From Escherichia phage vB_EcoS_I14, in sequence record PP892525.1: a DNA stretch of 64,000 bases, one strand, 5' to 3'. Made by a program: the position numbers and the translations under genes. Below, one piece after another: positions 56,594 through 64,000 of this stretch; within the stretch, counting starts at the first letter, position 1; each line of letters opens with the position of its first letter. Under the pieces are notes generated by a model. The model made no database searches. It was given only the letters and a program-made list of their open reading frames with translations, and was not told the DNA's origin.

Positions 56594-56677
56594 ACTAAAA
56601 AGCTAGACTGGTAATATACAGGGCCTGGGTATGAAAATACTCGGGCCTTTTCTATCAGAAAATTTTATTTGCCTAAT

Positions 56678-56706
56678 GACCGATAATAAAGTAGAATATT
56701 CCTTAA
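56678..56706 (+). promoter_or_regulatory. early sigma70 promoter for nrdA (TTGCCT-17-TAGAAT)
   Basis: ttgcct aatgaccgataataaag tagaat. Confidence 0.5.
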
Positions 56707-56735
56707 ATCCTGATAACTATAAAAAGGAAAGCCAA

Positions 56736-59066
56736 ATGAGCCATCGCATTGAAAAAGTAATTAAACGTGACGGTACTGTAGAAGACTTTGCTCCTGAAAA
56801 AATCAATGGTTGGGCAGAGTATGGGTGCAAAACAGTTGATGTAAGTTGGTCAGCCATTACTATGGCTGCTCAAAAAACTCTGCCTAAAGGGGTTGTAGAT
56901 TCCGACACTCTGATGGATGCATTAATTAAAGCTGCTGAAAGTCTTATTAAAGATAATCCAGCATATGATGTGCCAGCAAAGGAATTACGTCTTGCGCAAA
57001 TGCGTAAACGCCTTTATGACTCTTTCGAACCACCTTCTCTACGCTTCTTCCATGACCATATGGTTAGCGTAGGTGCATGGGAAGACATGAGTGCATGGAT
57101 TACCGATGAGCAATTTGAAGCTCTGAATCAGGTTATCGACCATGACCGTGACCGTCTTTTTACTAGTGGTGGGCTGAAGCAGTTCTTTGATAAGTATTCC
57201 CGTCGTAACATAGCCACTGGTGAAATTTACGAAACCCCGCAGTTTGCCTACATGGGTATGGCAATGGCGATGCTTTCTCAACCTAACTGGACAATTCTAG
57301 ATGCAATCGACCTCTACAACGCAATGTCACTCCACAAAATCAACGTTCCTACGCCGCCACTGGTTGGTCTGCGCTCTAGTGACCGTGGATTTGCTAGTTG
57401 CTGCCTCGTGGATTCCACTGACACGTTGGATTCAATCGACACCGCCGAGCACATCGTCTTCAAAATGGTCGCAGCCAGAGCGGGAATCGGGTATCATCTT
57501 GAAAGCCGATCAATTGCTGATCCGGTGCGAAATGGGGCATTCCCGCATTCCGGAAAACTGCCATATTATCGACACATTGACCGCTCAGTAAAGGCCAATA
57601 CTCAGCAAACTCGTGGTGGTTCTGCTACAGTGTCTTATCCGTACTTCGACCCTGAAATCATTCAATTGATGCAGGTTAAGCAACAACGTGCTACAGATGA
57701 GAATAAAATTGATAAGATGGATTATTCTCTAAGCTTTAACAATCTTTTGTTAAAACGTTATCTTAAAAACGAAGATATTACGCTAATGTCATACTTCTAT
57801 GCTCCAGAAGTTCATGAAGCGTTTTATAGTGATGACGAGGCTAAATTTGAAGAAATCTACGTGGCAGCGGAGAAACGTGTGGCATCTCTTACAAAGATCG
57901 ACCACGAAGGAAAAACAGTTCCAGCAGCTCCTAAAGTCTCTGCAAAAGAAATCCTAGATACTTGGCTACGTATCCGAATGGAAACAGGACGTATGTATGC
58001 TCATCACATTGGGGAATCTAATCGTCACGGTAACTTCCTTGATCCGATCCGTATGACAAACCTTTGTGTTGAAATTACTCAGCCTACACGCCCGTTCCAT
58101 CACATTACAGAGCTGTACAAGACAAAAGAGCAGCTTAATCAGATGAAGCCGGAGGATATTGGTGAAGTATCCCTGTGTAACTTAGGTGGTGTTGTACTTG
58201 GACGCATGGAATCTCTGGCTGAGTGGGAAAAAACTTGCTACATCCTTCTGAAGTTTGTTGATACAATTATTGAAATTCAGGATTACCCGTTCCCAACTAT
58301 GGAATATACGGCTAAGAAACGTCGTAATGTTGGTATTGGCCTGATGAACGCAGCAGGTGCAATGGCAGCAGAAGGTCTGGCTTACGAAGGTATTGAAGCT
58401 CGTAACTGGATCCACCGTGAGGCTGAAAAACTGTCTTACTTCCTGCATAAAGCCTCTGTACGCCTGGCTAAGGAACAGGGTGCATGTGAGTGGTTTGATC
58501 GTACTAAACCATCTAAAGGAATTCTGGTAATCGACACGTACAAGAAAACTGTTGATGAGTTGGTATCCGTAGGTCTAGAAATGGACTGGGAGTCTCTGCG
58601 TGCAGATATTCTGAAATACGGTATGCGTAACTCTGTTCTGACTGCTCAGATGCCAGGAGAAAGTTCTTCTGTTCTGTTAGGTGTTACTAACTCTATTGAA
58701 CCGCCTCGTAAGATTGTATCTATCAAGGGTAGTGCAGTGAATAAAGTAATTGCAATTGCCCCGGGTGCAACCGATTGGGAAACGTTAATGAGCTATAAAC
58801 TGGCTTATGATGTAGATCGTATAGAGTGGATCAAATGGGTAGCAACTATGCAGAAATTCTTCAGTCAGTCTATCAGTACGAATATGTACTATGACTACAC
58901 CAAGTTTGAGAATGAAATCATTCCTGGCCCAGTAGTAGTTCGTGATTTCATGACTGCTGTTAAATACGGGTGGAAAACTTGGTATTATGCTAACTTCAAC
59001 ACCGCAAATGGTGGTGGTGCTGGAGAAGAAGCAGCCGGTTGTGCATCAGGCGGTTGTACTATTTAA
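56736..59066 (+). CDS. nrdA: ribonucleoside-diphosphate reductase large subunit
   Basis: ATP-cone start (MSHRIEKVIKRDGTVEDF) after AAGGAAA RBS; track ORF begins 35 codons earlier at 56631; class Ia catalytic motifs (NLCxEI, C-terminal CxxGGC). Confidence 0.85.
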   Translation: MSHRIEKVIKRDGTVEDFAPEKINGWAEYGCKTVDVSWSAITMAAQKTLPKGVVDSDTLMDALIKAAESLIKDNPAYDVPAKELRLAQMRKRLYDSFEPPSLRFFHDHMVSVGAWEDMSAWITDEQFEALNQVIDHDRDRLFTSGGLKQFFDKYSRRNIATGEIYETPQFAYMGMAMAMLSQPNWTILDAIDLYNAMSLHKINVPTPPLVGLRSSDRGFASCCLVDSTDTLDSIDTAEHIVFKMVAARAGIGYHLESRSIADPVRNGAFPHSGKLPYYRHIDRSVKANTQQTRGGSATVSYPYFDPEIIQLMQVKQQRATDENKIDKMDYSLSFNNLLLKRYLKNEDITLMSYFYAPEVHEAFYSDDEAKFEEIYVAAEKRVASLTKIDHEGKTVPAAPKVSAKEILDTWLRIRMETGRMYAHHIGESNRHGNFLDPIRMTNLCVEITQPTRPFHHITELYKTKEQLNQMKPEDIGEVSLCNLGGVVLGRMESLAEWEKTCYILLKFVDTIIEIQDYPFPTMEYTAKKRRNVGIGLMNAAGAMAAEGLAYEGIEARNWIHREAEKLSYFLHKASVRLAKEQGACEWFDRTKPSKGILVIDTYKKTVDELVSVGLEMDWESLRADILKYGMRNSVLTAQMPGESSSVLLGVTNSIEPPRKIVSIKGSAVNKVIAIAPGATDWETLMSYKLAYDVDRIEWIKWVATMQKFFSQSISTNMYYDYTKFENEIIPGPVVVRDFMTAVKYGWKTWYYANFNTANGGGAGEEAAGCASGGCTI

Positions 59067-59074
59067 TAAAAACA

Positions 59075-59102
59075 AGGGGATCTTCGGGTCTCCTTTTTCT
59101 TT
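59075..59102 (+). terminator. rho-independent terminator after nrdA
   Basis: aggggatc-ttcg-ggtctcct hairpin (UUCG loop, two wobble pairs) followed by ttttcttt. Confidence 0.55.
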
Positions 59103-59112
59103 GAAATTTTAC

Positions 59113-59141
59113 TTGCTAATCGCTACCAGATTTGCTATAAT
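59113..59141 (+). promoter_or_regulatory. early sigma70 promoter for nrdB (TTGCTA-17-TATAAT)
   Basis: ttgcta atcgctaccagatttgc tataat. Confidence 0.65.
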
Positions 59142-59172
59142 ATTCCTGAAATAGTGAGAAAGAGGAAAATCA

Positions 59173-60318
59173 ATGACTACTTTACTAAACCTGAACTGGG
59201 ATCATACTAACGCTGACCTTTTCCTGGGAGATTCTCTCGGTATCGCAGATTATGTACGTGTAGCACATCCAGAACTAGAACGTCTGGCACTACTGCAACG
59301 CTCTCAATTTTGGACTGAAACTGAAATCAGTCTGGAAGCAGATAAGAAACAATGGCCTAATCTCCCACGTGAAATTCAGGAAATTACACTCCTGAACTTA
59401 GCATGGCAAACCCAAACCGACTCCTTTATCAGTCGTGCCCCTGAAGCAGCTATTATGCCGCTTGTAAGTCGTCCAGAATTGGAAGGTATGCTCAAGCAGT
59501 GGAGCTACTTCGAAGATCTGCATAGTCGTGCTTATAGTAATATTATTCGTAATGTGCTGACTGATCCAGCAGAATTTATTGATTCTGTAACCAAAAATCA
59601 AGAAGCATTCGCACGAATCGCTGATTCTGTTGAGCTATTTGATGAGCTATATCAGTTAGGCCAGTATTTCATCGCAGTACGCGATCATCGTGGTGACAAT
59701 ACATATCCAGAAACTGAGTTCCCTGAAGTTAAACGTGAAACTCAGGCTAAACTATTAGACGCTTACTTTGCGATCTATGGTCTGGAAGCAATGCAGTTTT
59801 ACGCATCCTTTGCATGTACTTTTGCATTAGCAGAGAATGATATTCTGCAAGGTATTGCTAAAAATCTGCAATTAATCGCTAAAGATGAAGCTCTGCACAC
59901 TCAGATGTCCAAAGCAATCATCCAGATTATGTTCCAGCAGTTTGACAAAGATCTGGTGGATGAAGCAGTGGCTAAAGCACCAGCACAGCTCCTGAAAACT
60001 CTGAAAACTGAAATTGAATGGGGTCATTTCATTTTCAAAGGTCGTAGTCTGATTGGCTTGAATGCAGAACTTCTAGAAGAATATCTGTACTTTGTGGGGC
60101 GTAATGCATTTATGCACATCGGTGTAGAATGGCCTAGTCATTTACCAGTAATCACCAAGAACCCCATTCCGTGGATCATGAACTGGCTGGATACCACTTC
60201 TTTACAGCCTGCTCCACAAGAAATCCAGATTGGTGCAGCATATCGTGTAGGTCAAGTCACCGAAACCTCTACTGATACTCTGAAAGATCTGGGTAATGAA
60301 TTTGGAGATTTCTTATGA
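59173..60318 (+). CDS. nrdB: ribonucleoside-diphosphate reductase small subunit
   Basis: 381 aa; ferritin-like di-iron motifs (ExxH pairs, e.g. EALHTQ) and radical-site region. Confidence 0.85.
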   Translation: MTTLLNLNWDHTNADLFLGDSLGIADYVRVAHPELERLALLQRSQFWTETEISLEADKKQWPNLPREIQEITLLNLAWQTQTDSFISRAPEAAIMPLVSRPELEGMLKQWSYFEDLHSRAYSNIIRNVLTDPAEFIDSVTKNQEAFARIADSVELFDELYQLGQYFIAVRDHRGDNTYPETEFPEVKRETQAKLLDAYFAIYGLEAMQFYASFACTFALAENDILQGIAKNLQLIAKDEALHTQMSKAIIQIMFQQFDKDLVDEAVAKAPAQLLKTLKTEIEWGHFIFKGRSLIGLNAELLEEYLYFVGRNAFMHIGVEWPSHLPVITKNPIPWIMNWLDTTSLQPAPQEIQIGAAYRVGQVTETSTDTLKDLGNEFGDFL

Positions 60319-60848
60319 TTACAGCAATGTATGCAGTTGGGCCGAATGGGGAGTTCGGCCTCCACGGTAAACTTCCGTGGGGTTCCTTCAAAGAAGAACT
60401 AGATGCTTTCTATTCTCAACTGGACGTGTTGAATCCAGATAACATCATCATTGGTGCTGGTACTTATTTAGCTCTTCCATACGCCGTTAGGGAACGTATG
60501 ATTGGAGCTTCTGATCTATTTATTCGTGCTGATCGTCCACTGCCAGACGATATTACACATGGTATTTACACCCCAATTTCTAAGATTGGGGATACATTGC
60601 CTACGTTCTTAAAAGATCAACAGACAGTGGTTTTAGGTGGCGCAACATTACTGTACGAAATGTATATTCACGGTCATATTGAAAGTGCTTTCGTATCCAC
60701 AATCTTTAGTGATCAAAAACTAGAGGCAGATGTACATCTGGATAATACGATTCTAGATTACAACTATGAATCTACTCGTTTAGTTTACGCAACTGGCGCA
60801 AACAGTGATAACAGCCTGCGATTTGTACAGGAATTGGTTACTTATTAA
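60315..60848 (+). CDS. dihydrofolate reductase
   Basis: 177 aa; DHFR N-terminal pattern (AVGPNGEFGLHGKLPW) and GG/T motifs; coupled to nrdB and thyA. Confidence 0.8.
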   Translation: MITAMYAVGPNGEFGLHGKLPWGSFKEELDAFYSQLDVLNPDNIIIGAGTYLALPYAVRERMIGASDLFIRADRPLPDDITHGIYTPISKIGDTLPTFLKDQQTVVLGGATLLYEMYIHGHIESAFVSTIFSDQKLEADVHLDNTILDYNYESTRLVYATGANSDNSLRFVQELVTY

Positions 60849-61687
60849 TGCAACAATATTTAAAAATTCTAACAGATGTAATTTTACTGGGTGAACCACG
60901 TAACGATCGTACAGGAACAGGCACAGTTTCAATTTTCGATTCCTATGCTAAGTTCGACCTACGTGAAGGATTCCCTGCCGTAACTACTAAACGTCTAGCT
61001 TGGAAATCGGTAGTTGGGGAACTCTTATGGTTCCTATCTGGATCTACAAATCTCCATGATCTGCGTGTATTCACGTTTGGGCGTGACCAAGGACAGTGGA
61101 CTATCTGGACCCCAAATTATGAAGACCAAGCTATAAGCATGGGTTATGACAATGGTAATCTAGGACCAGTATACGGTAAACAATGGCGCAACTTTGGCGG
61201 ACGAGATCAGATTTTAGAACTCATTGAGGGACTCAATAATAATCCACATAGTCGTAGACACCTAGTATCTGCATGGAACGTTGCTGAACTGGATAAGATG
61301 GCACTACCACCATGTCATTATGGTTTTCAGTGTTACGTAAGTAATGATGGATACCTAGATCTTAAATGGACACAACGTTCTGTAGACTGTTTTCTAGGCC
61401 TACCTTTCAATATTGCTAGTTATGCTTTATTAACACATATACTAGCAAAACTGACTGGACTAAAACCTCGTTATCTCATCTTTAGTGGTGGAGATACACA
61501 TATTTACAGTGATCATATAGAGCAAGTAGAGGAGCAAATGAAACGTAAACCACGTCCTCTGCCAACTCTAGTAATGCCAGAATTTGTAGATCTCTATGAT
61601 TTATTAGAGAATAATACTGCGGCTTGGTCCTTCCAGCTTGAAGGATATGATCCGCATCCAGCTCTTAAAGCTAAAATGTCTTCTTAA
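60848..61687 (+). CDS. thyA: thymidylate synthase
   Basis: 279 aa; catalytic PPCH motif (LPPCHYGFQCYV), RxxxxSAWN (RRHLVSAWN). Confidence 0.9.
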   Translation: MQQYLKILTDVILLGEPRNDRTGTGTVSIFDSYAKFDLREGFPAVTTKRLAWKSVVGELLWFLSGSTNLHDLRVFTFGRDQGQWTIWTPNYEDQAISMGYDNGNLGPVYGKQWRNFGGRDQILELIEGLNNNPHSRRHLVSAWNVAELDKMALPPCHYGFQCYVSNDGYLDLKWTQRSVDCFLGLPFNIASYALLTHILAKLTGLKPRYLIFSGGDTHIYSDHIEQVEEQMKRKPRPLPTLVMPEFVDLYDLLENNTAAWSFQLEGYDPHPALKAKMSS

Positions 61688-61693
61688 TTTAAA

Positions 61694-61716
61694 TAGCCCT
61701 TCGGGGCTATTATATT
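61694..61716 (+). terminator. hairpin terminator after thyA
   Basis: atagccc-ttcg-gggctat followed by tatattt. Confidence 0.5.
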
Positions 61717-61726
61717 TAAATTTCAT

Positions 61727-61755
61727 TTGCTTATTTAGTGAAATTTAAATATAAT
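61727..61755 (+). promoter_or_regulatory. early sigma70 promoter (TTGCTT-17-TATAAT)
   Basis: ttgctt atttagtgaaatttaaa tataat. Confidence 0.65.
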
Positions 61756-61780
61756 ATATTTTATAAATTGGAGGTATATA

Positions 61781-62062
61781 ATGATTTCAGCCAAAGAAGC
61801 TCAAGAACTTGCAGGATTAACAGAAGTACCCGCATTTCTAAAGTTTATAGAAGAAAAGATTGTAGAAGCTGCTAAGTCTGGAAATACAGAAGTAATTATT
61901 CGAGATAATCCTTACGCTAGGTGGCTATATAATCCTAGAGAAATGCCAGGAGCCGCTAAATCGGTACTAAAAACCTTATCGGATAAGGGGTATCATCTCT
62001 CACAATACTACCGAGAAGCCGCCTTTGTAGACATGGGTCTTAAAATTAGTTGGGAGGTATAA
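61781..62062 (+). CDS. hypothetical protein
   Basis: 93 aa ORF with GGAGG RBS; stop overlaps RNase H start. Confidence 0.45.
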   Translation: MISAKEAQELAGLTEVPAFLKFIEEKIVEAAKSGNTEVIIRDNPYARWLYNPREMPGAAKSVLKTLSDKGYHLSQYYREAAFVDMGLKISWEV

Positions 62063-62538
62063 TGTCGGTTTTCCACATTTACACAGATGGTGCTTGTAAG
62101 TCTAACCCAGGTCCGGGTGCTTGGGGTTTTATTGTCTATGATGGTAACGACGATCGTTTAGGTTCTAAATCTGGTTATAATCCTAAAACCACAAATAATG
62201 AGATGGAACTCACAGCTATCGTAGAAGCCCTACGTTGGTCTGTTAAAAAAGATAATAGACCAATTGCTATCTATACTGACTCTGCTTATTGCAAAAATGG
62301 CATGGAAAGTTGGATGTTTTCTTGGCAAAGGAAAGGCTGGAAGAAAGCAGATGGTGAAGTCCCTCTTAATCTAGAACTTTGGCAGGAAGCATTTAAATTA
62401 ACACAGCAGTATATCAACTTTCATAATACTAACCCTACCTTTATTAAGGTTAAAGGACATTCTGGTATTAGTGGTAATGAAGCTGTAGATGCATTGTGTA
62501 ACACAGTTATTACTGAAGCTGAAATGGCTGAGATGTGA
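62062..62538 (+). CDS. ribonuclease H
   Basis: Track ORF starts at TTG 62050; ATG 62062 after GGGAGG preferred. RNase H motifs (YTDGAC, ELTAIVEAL, TDSAY, GHSG..GNEAVD). Confidence 0.8.
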   Translation: MSVFHIYTDGACKSNPGPGAWGFIVYDGNDDRLGSKSGYNPKTTNNEMELTAIVEALRWSVKKDNRPIAIYTDSAYCKNGMESWMFSWQRKGWKKADGEVPLNLELWQEAFKLTQQYINFHNTNPTFIKVKGHSGISGNEAVDALCNTVITEAEMAEM

Positions 62539-62558
62539 TAAATAAATTAAAAATTTTC

Positions 62559-62587
62559 TTGCTTAAAGCCCTCTAATTTAGTATAAT
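62559..62587 (+). promoter_or_regulatory. early sigma70 promoter (TTGCTT-17-TATAAT)
   Basis: ttgctt aaagccctctaatttag tataat. Confidence 0.65.
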
Positions 62588-62614
62588 ATTCTTATTGAAA
62601 GTGAGGAGGGCTTT

Positions 62615-62893
62615 ATGCGAATTTATAACTCAAATTCACTAGGATTTAAACCATTGAGAAAACGTGCACAATCACCTCGTCAAATAAGAAAGGCTAATAT
62701 TGGTGAGCCAGAAACACGTCTTCCACCTCCTCCAGAGCAACGTTTAGTTTATCTGGATGAAGAATTAGCTGAACGCGAAAGAAAAGCTCAGGAAGAGATT
62801 GAGCGTAAGAAAATGTGTACTGCTCCGGCGTATAATAAAGGAGCGTATCAATATGTCTCAGATGCTGAACAAGCTAAGATGGTTGGTAGATAA
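62615..62893 (+). CDS. hypothetical protein
   Basis: 92 aa ORF with GAGGAGG RBS. Confidence 0.45.
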   Translation: MRIYNSNSLGFKPLRKRAQSPRQIRKANIGEPETRLPPPPEQRLVYLDEELAERERKAQEEIERKKMCTAPAYNKGAYQYVSDAEQAKMVGR

Positions 62894-62911
62894 TTTTTAA
62901 AAAAAATTCAT

Positions 62912-62940
62912 TTGCTAAACGCTTCAAATTCTCGTATAAT
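62912..62940 (+). promoter_or_regulatory. early sigma70 promoter (TTGCTA-17-TATAAT)
   Basis: ttgcta aacgcttcaaattctcg tataat. Confidence 0.65.
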
Positions 62941-62978
62941 ATACTTCATAAATTGATAAACAAAAAGGAAAATAAATA

Positions 62979-63494
62979 ATGGCTAAGCAGAAAAACGCAA
63001 AAACTCAAGCAGCTCCGGCAGTTAAAACTTTCCCACAGACCGAGGCTAATCGCAAAGCTCGTCTGGAACGCCACCTGCGTAAGCATCCTACCGATGCTCA
63101 GGCTGCGCAAGCACTGAATAGTCCGGCTCCGATTCGTCAGAAGCCTAAAGCTAAAAATGCCACCCGTAAATCCTACAAAATGGTTATGTATGTAGAAAAT
63201 TACGGCCACAAATCTGTCTCAGTTTCCCTGAGCTTTAACGCTGGGGCTGAATTGTTCTCTCGTAATGGTATGTCCATGAAAGACTATGAGAAAGCAGTTA
63301 ACCAGAAGCGTAAACCAACAGCAGATGTATTACGTGATACTCGTGGACAGTTTGGTTCTGTTAAGCCAAATATCTTTGGCGTAGAGTATAGTAAAGATAA
63401 TGTTCGTGCTCTGTGTTACGGTGTAGGCATTAAGTTCACTGGTGATTCTGCTCGTAAATCTGCTAAACCAGCTCGCAAGCGTAAAGCGAAGTAA
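62979..63494 (+). CDS. hypothetical basic protein (possible nucleic-acid-binding)
   Basis: 171 aa, Lys/Arg/Ala-rich N- and C-termini; codon usage like highly expressed genes. Confidence 0.45.
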   Translation: MAKQKNAKTQAAPAVKTFPQTEANRKARLERHLRKHPTDAQAAQALNSPAPIRQKPKAKNATRKSYKMVMYVENYGHKSVSVSLSFNAGAELFSRNGMSMKDYEKAVNQKRKPTADVLRDTRGQFGSVKPNIFGVEYSKDNVRALCYGVGIKFTGDSARKSAKPARKRKAK

Positions 63495-63558
63495 TAGATA
63501 AATAGGGGCAGAAGCCCCTACAATCTACTAATTCTCTAACTAATCAAGGATATTTTTT

Positions 63559-63774
63559 ATGTTCTCTAAGAAACCACGTTCTGTTACTGAAATCGTTGCT
63601 TCCTTTACCACTATCACTGATGAGCTTCAAGCTCGTATTGAGGCTGATCAAAAAATTGCTGCGGATATTCAGAAACAGCAGGAAGAACTCGCTTTAAAGT
63701 TGGCTGAAACCAACAAGAGTGAAAAATCTGCCCAAACTATTATGGAAAATATCTTTAAACTGCTGGGCAAGTGA
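63559..63774 (+). CDS. hypothetical coiled-coil protein
   Basis: 71 aa ORF flanked by GC hairpins. Confidence 0.4.
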   Translation: MFSKKPRSVTEIVASFTTITDELQARIEADQKIAADIQKQQEELALKLAETNKSEKSAQTIMENIFKLLGK

Positions 63775-63783
63775 TTTAAATCA

Positions 63784-63806
63784 GGGGGCGAAAGCCCCTC
63801 TTATTT
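63784..63806 (+). terminator. GNRA-loop GC hairpin, candidate terminator
   Basis: ggggc-gaaa-gcccc followed by tcttattt. Confidence 0.4.
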
Positions 63807-63815
63807 GGAGAAACT

Positions 63816-64000
63816 ATGCGTAATTTTGTAGCAAAGAATGATTTTAACCGTGCTAGCACTCATAAGTCCGCTAGAGATTATACACGACTTTCTAGTCATG
63901 AGGTAATGGATACCTGTTATGAAGAGCTGGAAGGTAGCTGGAATGAATGGCCCGGCCTCTCTATGGAAGAGAACTGGGATGTCAGTGAGGATATGCTTCC
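63816..64000 (+). CDS. hypothetical protein (3' end beyond window)
   Basis: Open frame from ATG 63816 (after GGAG) to window end; not in ORF track because truncated. Confidence 0.3.
   Translation, partial: MRNFVAKNDFNRASTHKSARDYTRLSSHEVMDTCYEELEGSWNEWPGLSMEENWDVSEDML

Noticed and set aside
56631-56735. 35-codon N-terminal extension of nrdA in the ORF track
   Set aside because: The extension covers the promoter -35/-10 region; the ATP-cone start MSHRIEKVIKRDG with an RBS at 56736 is the credible start.
1-64000. Prophage or integrative element, CRISPR array, transposon
   Set aside because: No integrase, recombinase or transposase motifs, no att-like flanking repeats bounding a segment, and no regularly spaced repeat-spacer array; the gene content is that of a lytic phage.

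Overview
This 64-kb window reads as one contiguous piece of a T5-like siphophage genome (Demerecviridae, Tequintavirus-like), with no host DNA. Positions 1-28.4 kb are the late structural module on the + strand: llp/pb5 receptor locus, terminase small and large subunits, an HNH endonuclease, portal, decoration protein, prohead protease, major capsid, tail tube with Ig-like domain, chaperones, a 1226-aa tape measure, Dit, hub, straight fibre, collar and lateral fibre genes. Positions 28.4-55.3 kb are the early replication and recombination module on the - strand: dUTPase, flap endonuclease, SbcCD-like nuclease, SF2 and DnaB-like helicases, an 855-aa Pol I-type DNA polymerase, primase, a split NAD-dependent ligase, a Sir2-like protein, a HAD phosphatase and NrdD. 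Positions 55.6-64 kb are early nucleotide-metabolism genes on the + strand: PhoH, NrdA/NrdB, DHFR, thymidylate synthase and RNase H. Early transcription units carry near-identical strong sigma70 promoters (TTGCTW-17-TATAAT), and late genes are punctuated by GC hairpin/T-run terminators. I found no rRNA, tRNA, CRISPR array, integrase or transposase. The most notable observations are a 28-bp tandem duplication that frameshifts the lateral tail-fibre gene, a previously unannotated trio of translationally coupled mini membrane-protein ORFs downstream of llp with a duplicated initiation region, a consensus promoter plus strong RBS inside the late operon, a roughly 500-nt ORF-free leader, and a Sir2/HAD accessory cluster. 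CDS coordinates follow the supplied ORF track; motif coordinates were counted by hand and may be off by 1-2 nt. Family assignments rest on recognisable motifs and remembered protein lengths, not on any database search.
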